Positions 27,501-36,585 of a stretch of DNA of 41,989 nt are shown here, piece after piece. Made by a program: the position numbers and the translations under genes. This stretch comes from a virus (Duplodnaviria > Caudoviricetes): the IMG/VR virus record IMGVR_UViG_3300036987_000034, positions 1 to 41,989 of that record; one strand, given 5' to 3'. The notes beneath the pieces are model-generated. The model was not told the origin of the DNA. It did no database searches and saw only the letters and a list, made by a program, of their open reading frames with translations. Each line of letters opens with the position of its first letter. The first letter of the stretch is position 1.

Positions 27501-30035
27501 AAGTTCACTGACGAAGGATTGAAACAGTTTATTCTCACTCCGAACATGATACGAGAGAACTATATAAGGAACTACTACGACTACACAAAAATGTCTTTGC
27601 TTGATGCCATGCGCCAGCGCAAGGCGTTTGAAATGGATATGGGTTATACGATAAGAAGAAAGAATGTTCTTACACACGAACAGGCAGCAAAGATAAAAAA
27701 CTATGTCGCATTCAGACAGTCTTTCCCAAAGGATTTCAATGGTTCTATAATTGACGATATGGCAAGGGAAATAGCTGAAACAGATCAATTAAGTTTTGCA
27801 ACTAAGACAAGGGCTGCACACGAATACAAGCGCGTAAAGAACACAAGCATAGAAGACGCTAAAAACTTTGTTGACAATCTTTACATGAGAAGCAGAAAGA
27901 AGGAGAGGAAGGTAAGTGCTGCTGCGGCTGCAAAGAAGTCAACCGGGACGAAGAAGACAAAGCCACAAGAGCCACGGGTTAGGGGATTTGATATTCCAGA
28001 CGAAGAAATGCGAAAGAAGATTGACAAAGCTATAAAAAACAAGTCTTCATTTTGGGAGCGTGGAACATACATTACTCCCGACTGGAAAGAAGAACATTTA
28101 ATCAAGGACATTCGCGCCGGGTACCACGGTCTTAGGCAGTTGGGTTATGACGCTGTTCGCGCTAAGCACATGCGCCATATATTCAACGATCCAGAAGTTA
28201 ATCCTATAGCCGGGATATGGGGCGATCTGTTTCCAGATATTGAACTGAACACGGAAACAGTGAACAGGTTTCTTAATCCGGAGTTTGAACGGCAGCTTGT
28301 AAAAATGGAGCGTTACGCAAGCAAAGAAACTGCCGGACAGATTGACGGTTATCTGAAGGCGATACAGAAGCTGAAAGAACAGCGGCGCGCGCTTGAACTT
28401 GATCCGACATACGCGCTTATTCCCGACCAGTTAAAGTATGGCCCAATGCGGAATACCTATGTCAAGAAGCATGTGTACAATGATCTGCGCTCAATAAACA
28501 ACGCTCCAGACATTGGCGCGAACCTTGCGAATACGCTTGATAAGATTGGCGTAACCGAGGCATACAAACAGTGGAAAGCCTCTAAGACTGTATGGAATCC
28601 CGCGACACACGCGCGCAATATTATGTGGAACGCATACGCGACATTCATGTTTGCGGATGTCAACCCTGTTGACTTTGCTTTGTGGGGCGATACAACGCGG
28701 CAAATTCTGAACAAGAACTCTGATTTGTTCAAGTCCATGACAGACACCGGGGTGTTCAAAACCGGCTTTGCGGAGGCTGACCTTACCACATTCGCAAGGT
28801 CTATGCAGAATAGCCTTGAGGGTCAGAAGACGGTTAAGGGCGGCTCTGGTTGGGCGGCTGCCATAAAGGCGAAGGTGTCTCCGCTAAACTTTGCAAAGCG
28901 CGCATATGGCGGAGAGGAAAACTACTTCAAGGCCCTTGTGTTCAACAGCGAGATTCACAAGGCTGGAGGGTGGGATGTAGTAAGGAAACAGCTTGCAGAT
29001 GGTGATTACACGGCAATAAACGAGGCTGCTCAAAAGGCGAACAAATATCTGTTCGACTATTCGGATAAGTCTCCGATATTACAGGCGTTCACAAAGACAC
29101 CGCTGTTTGGCTCTCCGTTTGCCACATTCTACGCGAAGTTCATTCCAATGTTTGCAGAGGAAGTAGCCAAGCGTCCGCACCGCGCGCTGTTACCGTATGG
29201 CATTGCGGCTGGAATGATTTACCAAGCCAAGAAAAAATACGGTGACGAGACTGTTGAAAAGTCTAAGAATGCATTGCCAGAATGGGTTAAGCAGTCTGTG
29301 CCGTTGTCTGGAGAGTACGGCGATCCAGATTCAATCGTGTGGTGGGACTGGACGAATATACTTCCATACATGGACGCGCTTGATCTTCCGTTCAGGCAAG
29401 AAAAGAAATTTGTCGAGGGTGCGCTTGAGGGTAGGCTTGACTATTCTCCTGGCGCGTCCATAAGGGAAAAGTTGGAATATAGTGTGTCTTCAAAGAATCC
29501 GTTATCGCCATTGGGCGCGCCAATTCCAAGAACCGTTTACGACATTTCAGCGAACAAGGATTTTGCAGGTAGGCCGATTCGCACAACAGAAGGAGTTGCC
29601 AGTGACAGGCAGACAATGGACTATATTCTGCGTATGCTTCTCCCGTCAATTTATCCAGAAGCCATAGGCGAACCAGGCGCCCCAGGTCCGCTTGGCGACC
29701 TTCCCGGCCCCGGTGGATACGGCGCGAAGCGCATAGAGAGCGCAAGGTGGGGGCTTGAAGACCCTGCAACTGGAATGGACAGGGACATAACACAGGCCCG
29801 CATTAAAACCTATGGCGGTATTGACCTACAGCGCACGAATGTCCAGCGCGCCGAAGCGTTCAAGGTAAAAGAAATAATAAAGAAGATTGACGAAACAGTG
29901 AGGGCGATACGAAGCGTTGAAATGAAGAGACGGTCTACTGGTGACGCATACGCTGATTTCAGAAGGAAGCAGCTTGATAGGGAGCTTGTGCAGTGGCAAA
30001 AAGAACTTGAAGAACTGAACGAGGCGAACCAATGA
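24552..30035 (+). CDS. Large ejection/polyvalent protein with ADP-ribosyltransferase-like domain
   Basis: 1827 aa; FRHGT...GPGFYTT...AGKYA...VYEV...GYD (ART-PolyVal-like) near 26280-26850; C-terminal WKASKTVWNPATHARN and FDYS...PFATF patterns. Confidence 0.75.
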   Translation: MAKKSNGTLTSFYRSVQAGPQRPTDPYSLKFIQEAHARNVGKQPKPIEEYAKEQARFKENREGGRKIQLTGKDKAKYEIDVDTFDPDRAEILASNFTEKQLEAAAPKDKKPILVKGVDGGTYKINPLLFADDEIPAYKELLSPEVFQWAMNEIHGIPQPTDKPTMDKLREMRAGLGAAEAMGEPRRGGGVPRPDAVATTGAAAKSTAIERTWNALDVGFDLITKAFEEAQVAPLGALGGPFALAGVAAGVGDVRVRNVIEAASGAEQGTIPPMFNEGVLKETFDYLTDRSDIKPTLFDKQLYREDEKGLAHVSTAMNIGMEQGNKAMITFGLVSGLVDPIAPVIAGYRGVRFAGKVLKASHLYGGSSIRALNAGEPLSVVAAMRRIKRFDNAVQGALKLSIRKNIMDVDPETLANKIDEVLERPTVGKAERAAEDIAPPVKAEKPELRQQVINNEVKAGPGVVDDVVTRADAERATNLQVLREVDAVMEEAYRMFPDELIQAERGQTRSGGVVEDVVYKTPEKRKSTGVKPKEAVAEQRAEPLYRETVESQYLVEQGEMNTGWDIDIKTGETRANETEIFRHGTAKKTELSPEIVDPINLKGIKKYFNLHGPGFYTTRNQGIAGKYAANHEDGGKVYEVVIKPKKTLDLDEKLNDDLVKQVMNAILKPDPESGDIAFRLNDDIIVTMQNFGMNREITNGNFLAIVRHELVKAADEHYGRAWFTKKYDNVNDTLVSLGYDTMKHEGGNIRGGGKIKHDVMIAIKPKSKNIKWENPIVSISEAPTRASKAFDISENIVERPGGVVEYVFGINGRMDIAPETRQAVEEGIMKFHSGPSITLSTLRKVGEGAGWLYDLTFETISKYIWKPGVRALTGGRVPDGFYNWGKAQRKAFIDSNLGTGNDYDKWIQRLVAPSEFRGKSVAEAMVGINRDERIIREIIDPLITAAVNDEAARKAFMAANGEIPVEQLNVLEKGLYDNFVVLREKFTDEGLKQFILTPNMIRENYIRNYYDYTKMSLLDAMRQRKAFEMDMGYTIRRKNVLTHEQAAKIKNYVAFRQSFPKDFNGSIIDDMAREIAETDQLSFATKTRAAHEYKRVKNTSIEDAKNFVDNLYMRSRKKERKVSAAAAAKKSTGTKKTKPQEPRVRGFDIPDEEMRKKIDKAIKNKSSFWERGTYITPDWKEEHLIKDIRAGYHGLRQLGYDAVRAKHMRHIFNDPEVNPIAGIWGDLFPDIELNTETVNRFLNPEFERQLVKMERYASKETAGQIDGYLKAIQKLKEQRRALELDPTYALIPDQLKYGPMRNTYVKKHVYNDLRSINNAPDIGANLANTLDKIGVTEAYKQWKASKTVWNPATHARNIMWNAYATFMFADVNPVDFALWGDTTRQILNKNSDLFKSMTDTGVFKTGFAEADLTTFARSMQNSLEGQKTVKGGSGWAAAIKAKVSPLNFAKRAYGGEENYFKALVFNSEIHKAGGWDVVRKQLADGDYTAINEAAQKANKYLFDYSDKSPILQAFTKTPLFGSPFATFYAKFIPMFAEEVAKRPHRALLPYGIAAGMIYQAKKKYGDETVEKSKNALPEWVKQSVPLSGEYGDPDSIVWWDWTNILPYMDALDLPFRQEKKFVEGALEGRLDYSPGASIREKLEYSVSSKNPLSPLGAPIPRTVYDISANKDFAGRPIRTTEGVASDRQTMDYILRMLLPSIYPEAIGEPGAPGPLGDLPGPGGYGAKRIESARWGLEDPATGMDRDITQARIKTYGGIDLQRTNVQRAEAFKVKEIIKKIDETVRAIRSVEMKRRSTGDAYADFRRKQLDRELVQWQKELEELNEANQ

Positions 30036-31051
30036 GCATTATAAAGGCCAACGGCGGCGGTGGAGCGGAGCGTCCGCAGAATGTAATCGTAAAGAATCCT
30101 GTGTGGTGCGTTCTGAAGGACGAGAGCGGTACTGCGCTTGGCACGCAGACGAATCCAATTTATGTGGACGGTGTTTCTGGCGGTACGGTACCTTTGCCTA
30201 CTGGCGCGGCTACGGAGGCCACGCTTGCCACGCTGAATGGCAAGGTGACGGCGTGTAACACCGGGGCTGTTGTTGTGGCAAGCAGCGCACTACCTACTGG
30301 CGCGTCCACGGCAGCGTTGCAAACGAGTGGGAATGCGAGCCTTACAACGATTGCCGGGAAAGACTTTGCTACGCAGACAACTCTTGCGGCGATAAAGGAC
30401 ACAGACGGGATCAAGAAGATTACTGATCCAGTAGCGGTTACAACGGTTAAGCCGGACGGCACAAACACAATGCCGTCTCTTGATAACGCTGCTCGTGCTG
30501 GATATGTGTATGTCACGGACGGCACAACTACGCAGAAAATAGACGCGACAACAGGATGCTCTAAACATGTTTCCTTTGAACACAGCCACATTCACGATGG
30601 AAGGCATTTCTATATACAAGAAGTTGTTGATCTTGCTGCAAATGCGGTTAGAGAAATAAGGATTACAACCCCGAACACGGCCGAATGGGCTCATTTCACA
30701 TTCAAATTATCGTGTGAATCTGAAACAGAAGTTTATCTTTACGAGGATGTCACAATCGTTACTGCTGGAACACCAGTTACTCCTGTAAATAACAACAGAA
30801 ATTCAGCAACAACGAGCGGGCTTACCGTTGATTACATAGACAATGCTTCTGTTGCAAACGCAAACGCAGACACAACGGTTTCTGGATATATTCATCATGC
30901 CATTGCTGGTGCGAACAAGGATCAGGGTCAAAGCGAGAGGGACAGGGAGTTGATTCTTTTACAAAACAAAACATACTCATTGCGCATGATAGCAACTGTT
31001 GCTGGTTTTGTAAATTATGAAGCAGAGTTTTACGAGCATACAAACCTGTGA
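30032..31051 (+). CDS. Putative virion fibre/structural protein
   Basis: LPTGAATEATL/LPTGASTAALQT repeats, TDGTTT, EHSHIHDG motif, beta-rich C-terminus. Confidence 0.55.
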   Translation: MSIIKANGGGGAERPQNVIVKNPVWCVLKDESGTALGTQTNPIYVDGVSGGTVPLPTGAATEATLATLNGKVTACNTGAVVVASSALPTGASTAALQTSGNASLTTIAGKDFATQTTLAAIKDTDGIKKITDPVAVTTVKPDGTNTMPSLDNAARAGYVYVTDGTTTQKIDATTGCSKHVSFEHSHIHDGRHFYIQEVVDLAANAVREIRITTPNTAEWAHFTFKLSCESETEVYLYEDVTIVTAGTPVTPVNNNRNSATTSGLTVDYIDNASVANANADTTVSGYIHHAIAGANKDQGQSERDRELILLQNKTYSLRMIATVAGFVNYEAEFYEHTNL

Positions 31052-31074
31052 TATAATAATTGCGGGGTGGCAAA

Positions 31075-31449
31075 GTGACAGATCGTGAATCAGAGGTTCT
31101 TCGACAACATGGGGAAATCATCGCGGCAATGTCTGCCAATCTTCGGAATGTGGAAAAGGCCATTTCGCACCTTGGAAAAAGCATTGATGGATACAACGCT
31201 CGATGCGACGCGCGGCATATCTCTGTTGACGGTTCTATCGCTGACGCGCATAGCCGAATCAGCAGCGCAAAGGATTCCTTTTCAGCCGAACTCGGAGCGA
31301 TCAAAGAAGATACTGGAAAAATAAAAACTGCTATCGAGTCTATGCGCGGAGATTACCGAGTGCTGCAAGTAAAGGCAGGAATATGGGGAATGATTGCTGG
31401 TTCTATTCCATCAACTATAGTTGCAATCGCAATTTATTTCAAAGGATAG
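31075..31449 (+). CDS. Coiled-coil protein with C-terminal TM helix (holin-like)
   Basis: KAGIWGMIAGSIPSTIVAIAIYF hydrophobic end; located in the lysis region. Confidence 0.5.
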   Translation: MTDRESEVLRQHGEIIAAMSANLRNVEKAISHLGKSIDGYNARCDARHISVDGSIADAHSRISSAKDSFSAELGAIKEDTGKIKTAIESMRGDYRVLQVKAGIWGMIAGSIPSTIVAIAIYFKG

Positions 31450-31461
31450 TCAGGTGATGGC

Positions 31462-31773
31462 GTGGATTTTCAGAAGCTGAACGGTAAGCAGTTCCGGTTT
31501 TGCGGCGAAGTATGGACACTGAAGACCGTGCCGTCAATGAAGAGCGGCACCGTTGGTGAGGTTTTATTCCGTATACGCACAGTCCGCATAGTCAAGGGGT
31601 TGGGCTGGTTCGACACGCTCATGCACGAGCTGCTGGAAGCCGCAACATATCTCCATAAATCAGCATTCATAAACACACAGGACAGGGTTCTATTTTCATT
31701 TGACCACGACACACTGGACAACATTGCCCGCGATGTGAGCGGCGCGCTTGCACAAATCCTATCCGTGGAGTGA
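31462..31773 (+). CDS. Zincin-like protein with non-canonical HExxE motif
   Basis: DTLMHELLEA in the context where phage HExxH proteins occur. Confidence 0.5.
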   Translation: MDFQKLNGKQFRFCGEVWTLKTVPSMKSGTVGEVLFRIRTVRIVKGLGWFDTLMHELLEAATYLHKSAFINTQDRVLFSFDHDTLDNIARDVSGALAQILSVE

Positions 31774-31775
31774 AT

Positions 31776-32792
31776 ATGCCAGAATCAAAATACTGGAACC
31801 GTGACAAGGTTCGCGCTTTCCTGTTGAAGAACCCGCACACGAACGCCGTGGAAGTGGAAAAGGCAACAGGAGTTCCGCGCCGATCTGCGCTCCGCTACAT
31901 GAAACAAATCCGAGAAAATAGCCAAGCGGCAAAAGTACAGGAAACGGCACAGCGTATAGCGCACGAACGCAAGGCAATCTATGCTATGCCGCCAAAATCT
32001 GATAAAAATGCGTCACAGGCGATACCAGCCATGTTTAATGTGAATCTGGGGCGAAAACACAGGCTGGTTGTTGGTTTACCTGACATGCACCTGCCGAATC
32101 CGCGTGGATTGTACGCAGACTCCGCGAAAGCCGCGCTCAAGTTTTGCGCAGTGAACAATCCAGACGAAGTTGTTATCATGGGTGACTTCTTGGATCTTCA
32201 GTCCGTGGCGCACTGGAATACGAAAACACCGGGGCGCGTAATCGAACACAACCTTGGGCGCGATTTCAAGAGCGGAAACTTCTGCTTAGATTCGCTACAA
32301 CAAATGACAGACAAGATTACATACCTTGAAGGGAACCATGAGGCGTGGCTGACACAGGCAATGGAACGCGACATTGGATTGCGCGAACACCTCGAGCTAC
32401 GGGATTGCTTGCGCCTTCCGGACAGGGGCATTGACCTTATTCCAGAGAACGGTGTATACAGGATAGGCGAAGCGCGCATGACTCACGGCTGGTTTGCCGG
32501 GATATACCATGCTCGGGCAACGGCTGACGCGGCAATGACCAATATGTTTTACGGACACACGCACGATGTCCAGAGTTTCAGTAAGACAAAGAGGCCAGGG
32601 CATGAGCCTATCATAGCGCAGTCGTGCGGATGTCTGTGTGACATGAACCCGTGCTATTTGCGCGGCAAGCCGAACCGTTGGGCCAGTGGATTCCTTATCC
32701 TGTACATTCGTGACGATGGGACATTCACTCATTATGTGCCTATAATTGTAAATGGCCGCTTCATATTTGAAGGGAAGGAGTACAGCGCATGA
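31776..32792 (+). CDS. Calcineurin-like metallophosphoesterase with N-terminal HTH
   Basis: PDMH, MGDFLD, EGNHE, THG and GHTH motifs; EVEKATGVPRRSALRY HTH. Confidence 0.9.
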   Translation: MPESKYWNRDKVRAFLLKNPHTNAVEVEKATGVPRRSALRYMKQIRENSQAAKVQETAQRIAHERKAIYAMPPKSDKNASQAIPAMFNVNLGRKHRLVVGLPDMHLPNPRGLYADSAKAALKFCAVNNPDEVVIMGDFLDLQSVAHWNTKTPGRVIEHNLGRDFKSGNFCLDSLQQMTDKITYLEGNHEAWLTQAMERDIGLREHLELRDCLRLPDRGIDLIPENGVYRIGEARMTHGWFAGIYHARATADAAMTNMFYGHTHDVQSFSKTKRPGHEPIIAQSCGCLCDMNPCYLRGKPNRWASGFLILYIRDDGTFTHYVPIIVNGRFIFEGKEYSA

Positions 32793-33199
32793 ACACATCA
32801 GCAGACAAGGTTCTTGAACAGGCGGTAAATGGCCTTGGAACACCGTATGTATTTGGTGCTGACGGCGGACCAAACGACACTTCATGGGATTGCTCTGGAT
32901 TCGTGTTGGATTGTTTGAGAGATTCCGGCGCACAGCCAAGCAATCTACCGGACATGAATGCACAGGGAATCTACACATGGGCCTCAAAAAACGCAAAGCG
33001 CATATCTGTGAAAGACGCATTTAACATGCCGATTGCGCTTGTTTATAGGCACAGCAAAAGCGATGGGAAAATAGTCCATGTCGGATTTGCCACGCGCGGA
33101 GCTGTAATTCATGCAAAGGGTAAGGACTACGGAACGATACAAGAACCAGCAAAATACAGTAATTGGACCCACGCCACAACGATACCTGGAGTTATCTGA
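32789..33199 (+). CDS. NlpC/P60 cell-wall peptidase (probable endolysin)
   Basis: PYVFG...WDCSGFV...HVGF...VIHA (Cys-His-His triad). Confidence 0.88.
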   Translation: MNTSADKVLEQAVNGLGTPYVFGADGGPNDTSWDCSGFVLDCLRDSGAQPSNLPDMNAQGIYTWASKNAKRISVKDAFNMPIALVYRHSKSDGKIVHVGFATRGAVIHAKGKDYGTIQEPAKYSNWTHATTIPGVI

Positions 33200-33212
33200 A
33201 AGGAGCATAATA

Positions 33213-33533
33213 ATGAAAATGTCGTGGAAGAACCTTGAGCGGTTGGTAAAGAAAGTGCGCGGTAAAGAGGTAGGCGGAATTGTAAATGACATTGTTTTTG
33301 ACGAAACTATTATGGAGTTCATCGGCAAGGGCGCGGAGTTCATTGAGGCTGGCATGAAAACAATCTGGAACGCCAAGAAGGTAAAGATTCATACTGTCCT
33401 GCACGACAGCATGATTGAGTTCCTGAACAGCCTTGAACTTATCAATCAAGAGTTGGCAGGACAGGCGGCTACGAAGTTTGCGGATGCGGCTATTGACAAG
33501 GTTGAGGCGTTGCTCATGGAGGTGTTTGACTGA
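33213..33533 (+). CDS. Hypothetical protein (lysis region)
   Basis: AAAGGAG RBS; helical 106-aa ORF. Confidence 0.65.
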   Translation: MKMSWKNLERLVKKVRGKEVGGIVNDIVFDETIMEFIGKGAEFIEAGMKTIWNAKKVKIHTVLHDSMIEFLNSLELINQELAGQAATKFADAAIDKVEALLMEVFD

Positions 33534-33534
33534 C

Positions 33535-33747
33535 ATGGAGCAGAAGATTCTCATGTGGCAGGGGATTGTAATGGCTGTTATCACGGCTGTAACAACAGTT
33601 GCCATATTCGCAGTGCAGGGATTTATCCGCATTCAACGAGAGATTAACCGCTTCAAGGAGATTCGTGCGTCACAGAGCGAATCAGAAGCACTGAAGGCTA
33701 CGCGAATCAGCAGGAAAGACGCGCAGAAACGCGGGCTTACGAAGTGA
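33535..33747 (+). CDS. Small membrane protein (holin/spanin candidate)
   Basis: GGAGG RBS; one TM helix (GIVMAVITAVTTVAIFAV) and a basic tail. Confidence 0.55.
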   Translation: MEQKILMWQGIVMAVITAVTTVAIFAVQGFIRIQREINRFKEIRASQSESEALKATRISRKDAQKRGLTK

Positions 33748-33922
33748 TCCTGTAGTATTCTGTTCTGTCTGGTTCTCCTGTAATGTACTCCGGCTTGTAC
33801 TGGCGGCATCTGCGTTTCGATTTCACCTTTACCATCATTGGCCCCTGTATCGTAATCGTAGGCCACTGTCCGCGCAATGCGTAGCGAATGCGCTTGCTTA
33901 TAGCGTAAAGGCGTGTCCGCAT
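33737..33922 (-). CDS. Hypothetical protein
   Basis: 61-aa ORF at the end of the leftward operon; weak RBS. Confidence 0.35.
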   Translation of the reverse strand: MRTRLYAISKRIRYALRGQWPTITIQGPMMVKVKSKRRCRQYKPEYITGEPDRTEYYRITS

Positions 33923-33924
33923 AT

Positions 33925-34071
33925 TTAGAACCCCCGCGAAAAGAAGAATGTCCAGACTGCAATGAGCGATATGATTACAACTACCGCAGCGGCCAAGGCG
34001 ATAACGCAGCCCATGAACGCAGCGTCATTGTAGCGTTGCGCCTCGATTGAATCGTGGTCGTGTGGTTTCAT
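33925..34071 (-). CDS. Small membrane protein (48 aa)
   Basis: MKPHDHDSIEAQRYNDAAFMGCVIALAAAVVVIISLIAVWTFFF; ATGA overlap. Confidence 0.55.
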   Translation of the reverse strand: MKPHDHDSIEAQRYNDAAFMGCVIALAAAVVVIISLIAVWTFFFSRGF

Positions 34072-34301
34072 TTGTCGCGCCCTCTTTCATTAACATGTTT
34101 TTGATATTCCATATCTTTCTTTACAATTTCTTCATGTTCCTTTAGCCATGACTCCGCGCATTCGCCCTTAACCCATTCTTCGTTGCGCGTTCCGAGATCG
34201 AATCCGTATTGCATTCCGGCAATGAACAGGTCCTGTCCAGCCAGTTTGCAGTAGTGCCGCTTGATTGCCTTGAAGTACCGTTCTCTTTCTTCGTTGGTCA
34301 T
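34068..34301 (-). CDS. Hypothetical protein
   Basis: Start MTNEER after GGAGG RBS; ATGA coupling. Confidence 0.6.
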   Translation of the reverse strand: MTNEERERYFKAIKRHYCKLAGQDLFIAGMQYGFDLGTRNEEWVKGECAESWLKEHEEIVKKDMEYQKHVNERGRDK

Positions 34302-34579
34302 TTTGTATCCTCCAGTAAGATAAGCAGCAGCACACAATACCCCGCCATGTCCATAATAGTATCGCGCAGGGATTCGCCACACGCTCCATGTAATCCCGCT
34401 GATTGCATTTTCGCTATGCGGTCAGCCTTATCGTCCATTCGCCCGAGGATTCGCTGAACTGGTGACTGGCCGGACATGCGGCCCGGTTCTCTGAACTTGT
34501 CGCCGTATCCCTCGCCCTTGCGCACGAGAAGATCGGACAATTCGTTACATGTTGCGCGTATCTGGTCAGCGGTTGTCAT
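34298..34579 (-). CDS. DUF1599/Nmad1-like (nucleotide-modification-associated) protein
   Basis: LLVRKGEGYGD...RMDDKADRI...ESLRDTIMDMAGYCVL pattern. Confidence 0.75.
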   Translation of the reverse strand: MTTADQIRATCNELSDLLVRKGEGYGDKFREPGRMSGQSPVQRILGRMDDKADRIAKMQSAGLHGACGESLRDTIMDMAGYCVLLLILLEDTK

Positions 34580-34820
34580 TTTTCTGTTTCCTCTTTTCCG
34601 CGATTTCCTGCTGAATGAGAACGCAATTTTTCAACAGGTGATTGGGCCTGTGGTGACATGTGGTTGTCCTTAATGTTTCTTTCAAATCGCATGGATATGA
34701 AGTGTGCGAGCCGCAGTGGTGTTCAAAATATCTCTCTGTCCTGTGCGGGCAGTGTTTCACGCGCACCTTCTTTCCGCAGCAGAATGTGTGATAGTCGTGG
34801 CAGCAGTTGTTGTCAGTCAT
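34566..34820 (-). CDS. Cys/His-rich hypothetical protein
   Basis: 84-aa ORF rich in C and H; GGAGG upstream. Confidence 0.45.
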   Translation of the reverse strand: MTDNNCCHDYHTFCCGKKVRVKHCPHRTERYFEHHCGSHTSYPCDLKETLRTTTCHHRPNHLLKNCVLIQQEIAEKRKQKNDNR

Positions 34821-34823
34821 TGC

Positions 34824-35027
34824 TCACAGCCTCCCGATTTTGACATAGTTTTTTAAGTTGCGGTGTTCGAGTTCAACCTTCCACGCCTGCCCGTCAATCC
34901 AGGGGAACGGATTCCCCCACGGGAATATCGAGGATTCCACAAACGCGCGGCGAGCACACGGCCCGAGCACGACAACTATCTCGCCCGTGTCGCGCTCGCA
35001 CAGTATGTCGCCGCGCCTGTGTGTCAT
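34824..35027 (-). CDS. Hypothetical protein
   Basis: ATGA overlap; GGAG RBS. Confidence 0.5.
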   Translation of the reverse strand: MTHRRGDILCERDTGEIVVVLGPCARRAFVESSIFPWGNPFPWIDGQAWKVELEHRNLKNYVKIGRL

Positions 35028-35212
35028 TTTTTGCTCCATATTATTCCCGTGCCGAGACAGGATTTACATTGCTCTGGCGGAAGGTCTGATTGTGAGTATT
35101 GGCCGGTCCCGCCAGAATAAAATCCGCTTGGAACGCCGCCACGCCCATCGCATACAGGGCATTTGTGTGGCATTGGGCCACTGATTGTTTCTTCATGTTT
35201 CCATGTGCTCAT
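35024..35212 (-). CDS. DnaJ-type zinc-finger protein
   Basis: CPVCDGRG...CKSCLGTG. Confidence 0.7.
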   Translation of the reverse strand: MSTWKHEETISGPMPHKCPVCDGRGGVPSGFYSGGTGQYSQSDLPPEQCKSCLGTGIIWSKK

Positions 35213-35403
35213 TCCGCGCCACCGCACTTTTCTTTTTCCATGGCCTCCCGCCCGTCTTTCGCCATTTTCTCAAAGTTCTTGGCGTCTGCGATGTAGTCTA
35301 TTTTGAGAGATTCAAAGCGGCATCCACTTGCGCTTCTTCTCAATTGTTTTGCGCTTTTTTCAAGCCACTCAACCATCTTCTCAATCCATTCTTTTTGTGT
35401 CAT
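35209..35403 (-). CDS. Hypothetical protein flanked by 16-bp direct repeats
   Basis: ATGA overlaps at both ends. Confidence 0.55.
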   Translation of the reverse strand: MTQKEWIEKMVEWLEKSAKQLRRSASGCRFESLKIDYIADAKNFEKMAKDGREAMEKEKCGGAE

Positions 35404-35801
35404 TCCGCGTCACCGTCCTTTATGTATTTTCCACCGTGCGGGCAGTCGGCCCAGGTGAATGTCGTGTAGTACGCGCAGTCACCCTCGTTGCATCTCTCGT
35501 TGGCGTTTTCAAAATGGCATGTCTTTGGCGACAGGTGCGCCTCAAGCTCGTCCACGCGGGCCTGTAGCCTGTCAACGAGTGATAGCAGAAACGGGATGTC
35601 CGTGCGGGATGCGGCGATGAATGTGGCATCTTCAATGTCTGGTTCAGAATACCACCCCTGCCATTCCGCTGAACAGCCACTGAACACCGGGAAAACGGAT
35701 ATATCCCCACGCTCTTTTTTTGTTTCCCACGGCCCTTCGGTAGCCGCCCGTTCGCGCTGCTTGATTTCCGCTATCATGGAAAGCTCCTGTTCTGTCAGCA
35801 T
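35400..35801 (-). CDS. Ead/Ea22-like phage protein
   Basis: ERAATEGPW...DATFIAASRTDIPFLLSLVDRL motif. Confidence 0.7.
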   Translation of the reverse strand: MLTEQELSMIAEIKQRERAATEGPWETKKERGDISVFPVFSGCSAEWQGWYSEPDIEDATFIAASRTDIPFLLSLVDRLQARVDELEAHLSPKTCHFENANERCNEGDCAYYTTFTWADCPHGGKYIKDGDAE

Positions 35802-35802
35802 G

Positions 35803-36117
35803 TCAGTCACGCCCCTTTTCCTTTTCGATCTCTGCCTTCAGCCGAGCGTTCTGCGCTTCGAGTTCCGCGATCCGCGCGCGCTGCTCGGCCATAAACGCAA
35901 CTGGGTCTTCTATGCCCTCAAGCGCGTTCACACATGCGGCGGCTCTATCGGCATATTCGCGCACCCCCATGTGAAAGTGAAAGTGTTTAAGAAATGACTC
36001 GTTGTGCTTGTCATTTATCTCGATATCTTGCATTGCACAATCTGGAACGCAGGAAAACTTAATATACGATATGTTTCCATCTGTCTTAACTATTAGCGGT
36101 TCGCCGTACTTGCTCAT
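35803..36117 (-). CDS. Hypothetical phage protein
   Basis: ADRAAACVNALEGI motif followed by a coiled coil; AAGGAG RBS. Confidence 0.65.
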   Translation of the reverse strand: MSKYGEPLIVKTDGNISYIKFSCVPDCAMQDIEINDKHNESFLKHFHFHMGVREYADRAAACVNALEGIEDPVAFMAEQRARIAELEAQNARLKAEIEKEKGRD

Positions 36118-36395
36118 TCGCCATCTCCTTTCACCGTGTAAGCCGGGCAGCTCCAGGCATTTAGCCCTGGGCATTTTATTCCAGCAACAAAACAAACACT
36201 TCCGTACTTTGCGCCGCATGTTTTAGATTCGTTTTTCACATCCACCATCGCCGCGCCTTTGAGGTTACGCTTTAGAATATCGAGCGCGTGAATCATTCCG
36301 CACCTGTACTCGTTCGATGACACATCGCGCCCGCATTGGTCAACGCTCGGCATTGCAGCCCCAATTTCCTTTATCGCCCTCTGTATCGGGTTCAT
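36114..36395 (-). CDS. Hypothetical protein with Cys-rich C-terminus
   Basis: AAAGGAG RBS; ATGA coupling. Confidence 0.55.
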   Translation of the reverse strand: MNPIQRAIKEIGAAMPSVDQCGRDVSSNEYRCGMIHALDILKRNLKGAAMVDVKNESKTCGAKYGSVCFVAGIKCPGLNAWSCPAYTVKGDGE

Positions 36396-36417
36396 TCATC
36401 GGCTCCTTTCTGCGTTG

Positions 36418-36585
36418 TCATTCCGATTGCTCCTTTTCCTTTTCCTCTCGGCAGTCCACGCACAGGCCGTCCGCTGTTTCCGTGACATGGAACCTGCCGT
36501 TGCAATCGTCGCACATTACCCACTCTGGATCGCGCAATCGAGGCGGCGGCACAAAGCCGCTGTGGTATCCGTTCTGGTCACACAT
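36418..36585 (-). CDS. Small zinc-finger protein (55 aa)
   Basis: MCDQNG...CDDC...CVDC. Confidence 0.55.
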   Translation of the reverse strand: MCDQNGYHSGFVPPPRLRDPEWVMCDDCNGRFHVTETADGLCVDCREEKEKEQSE

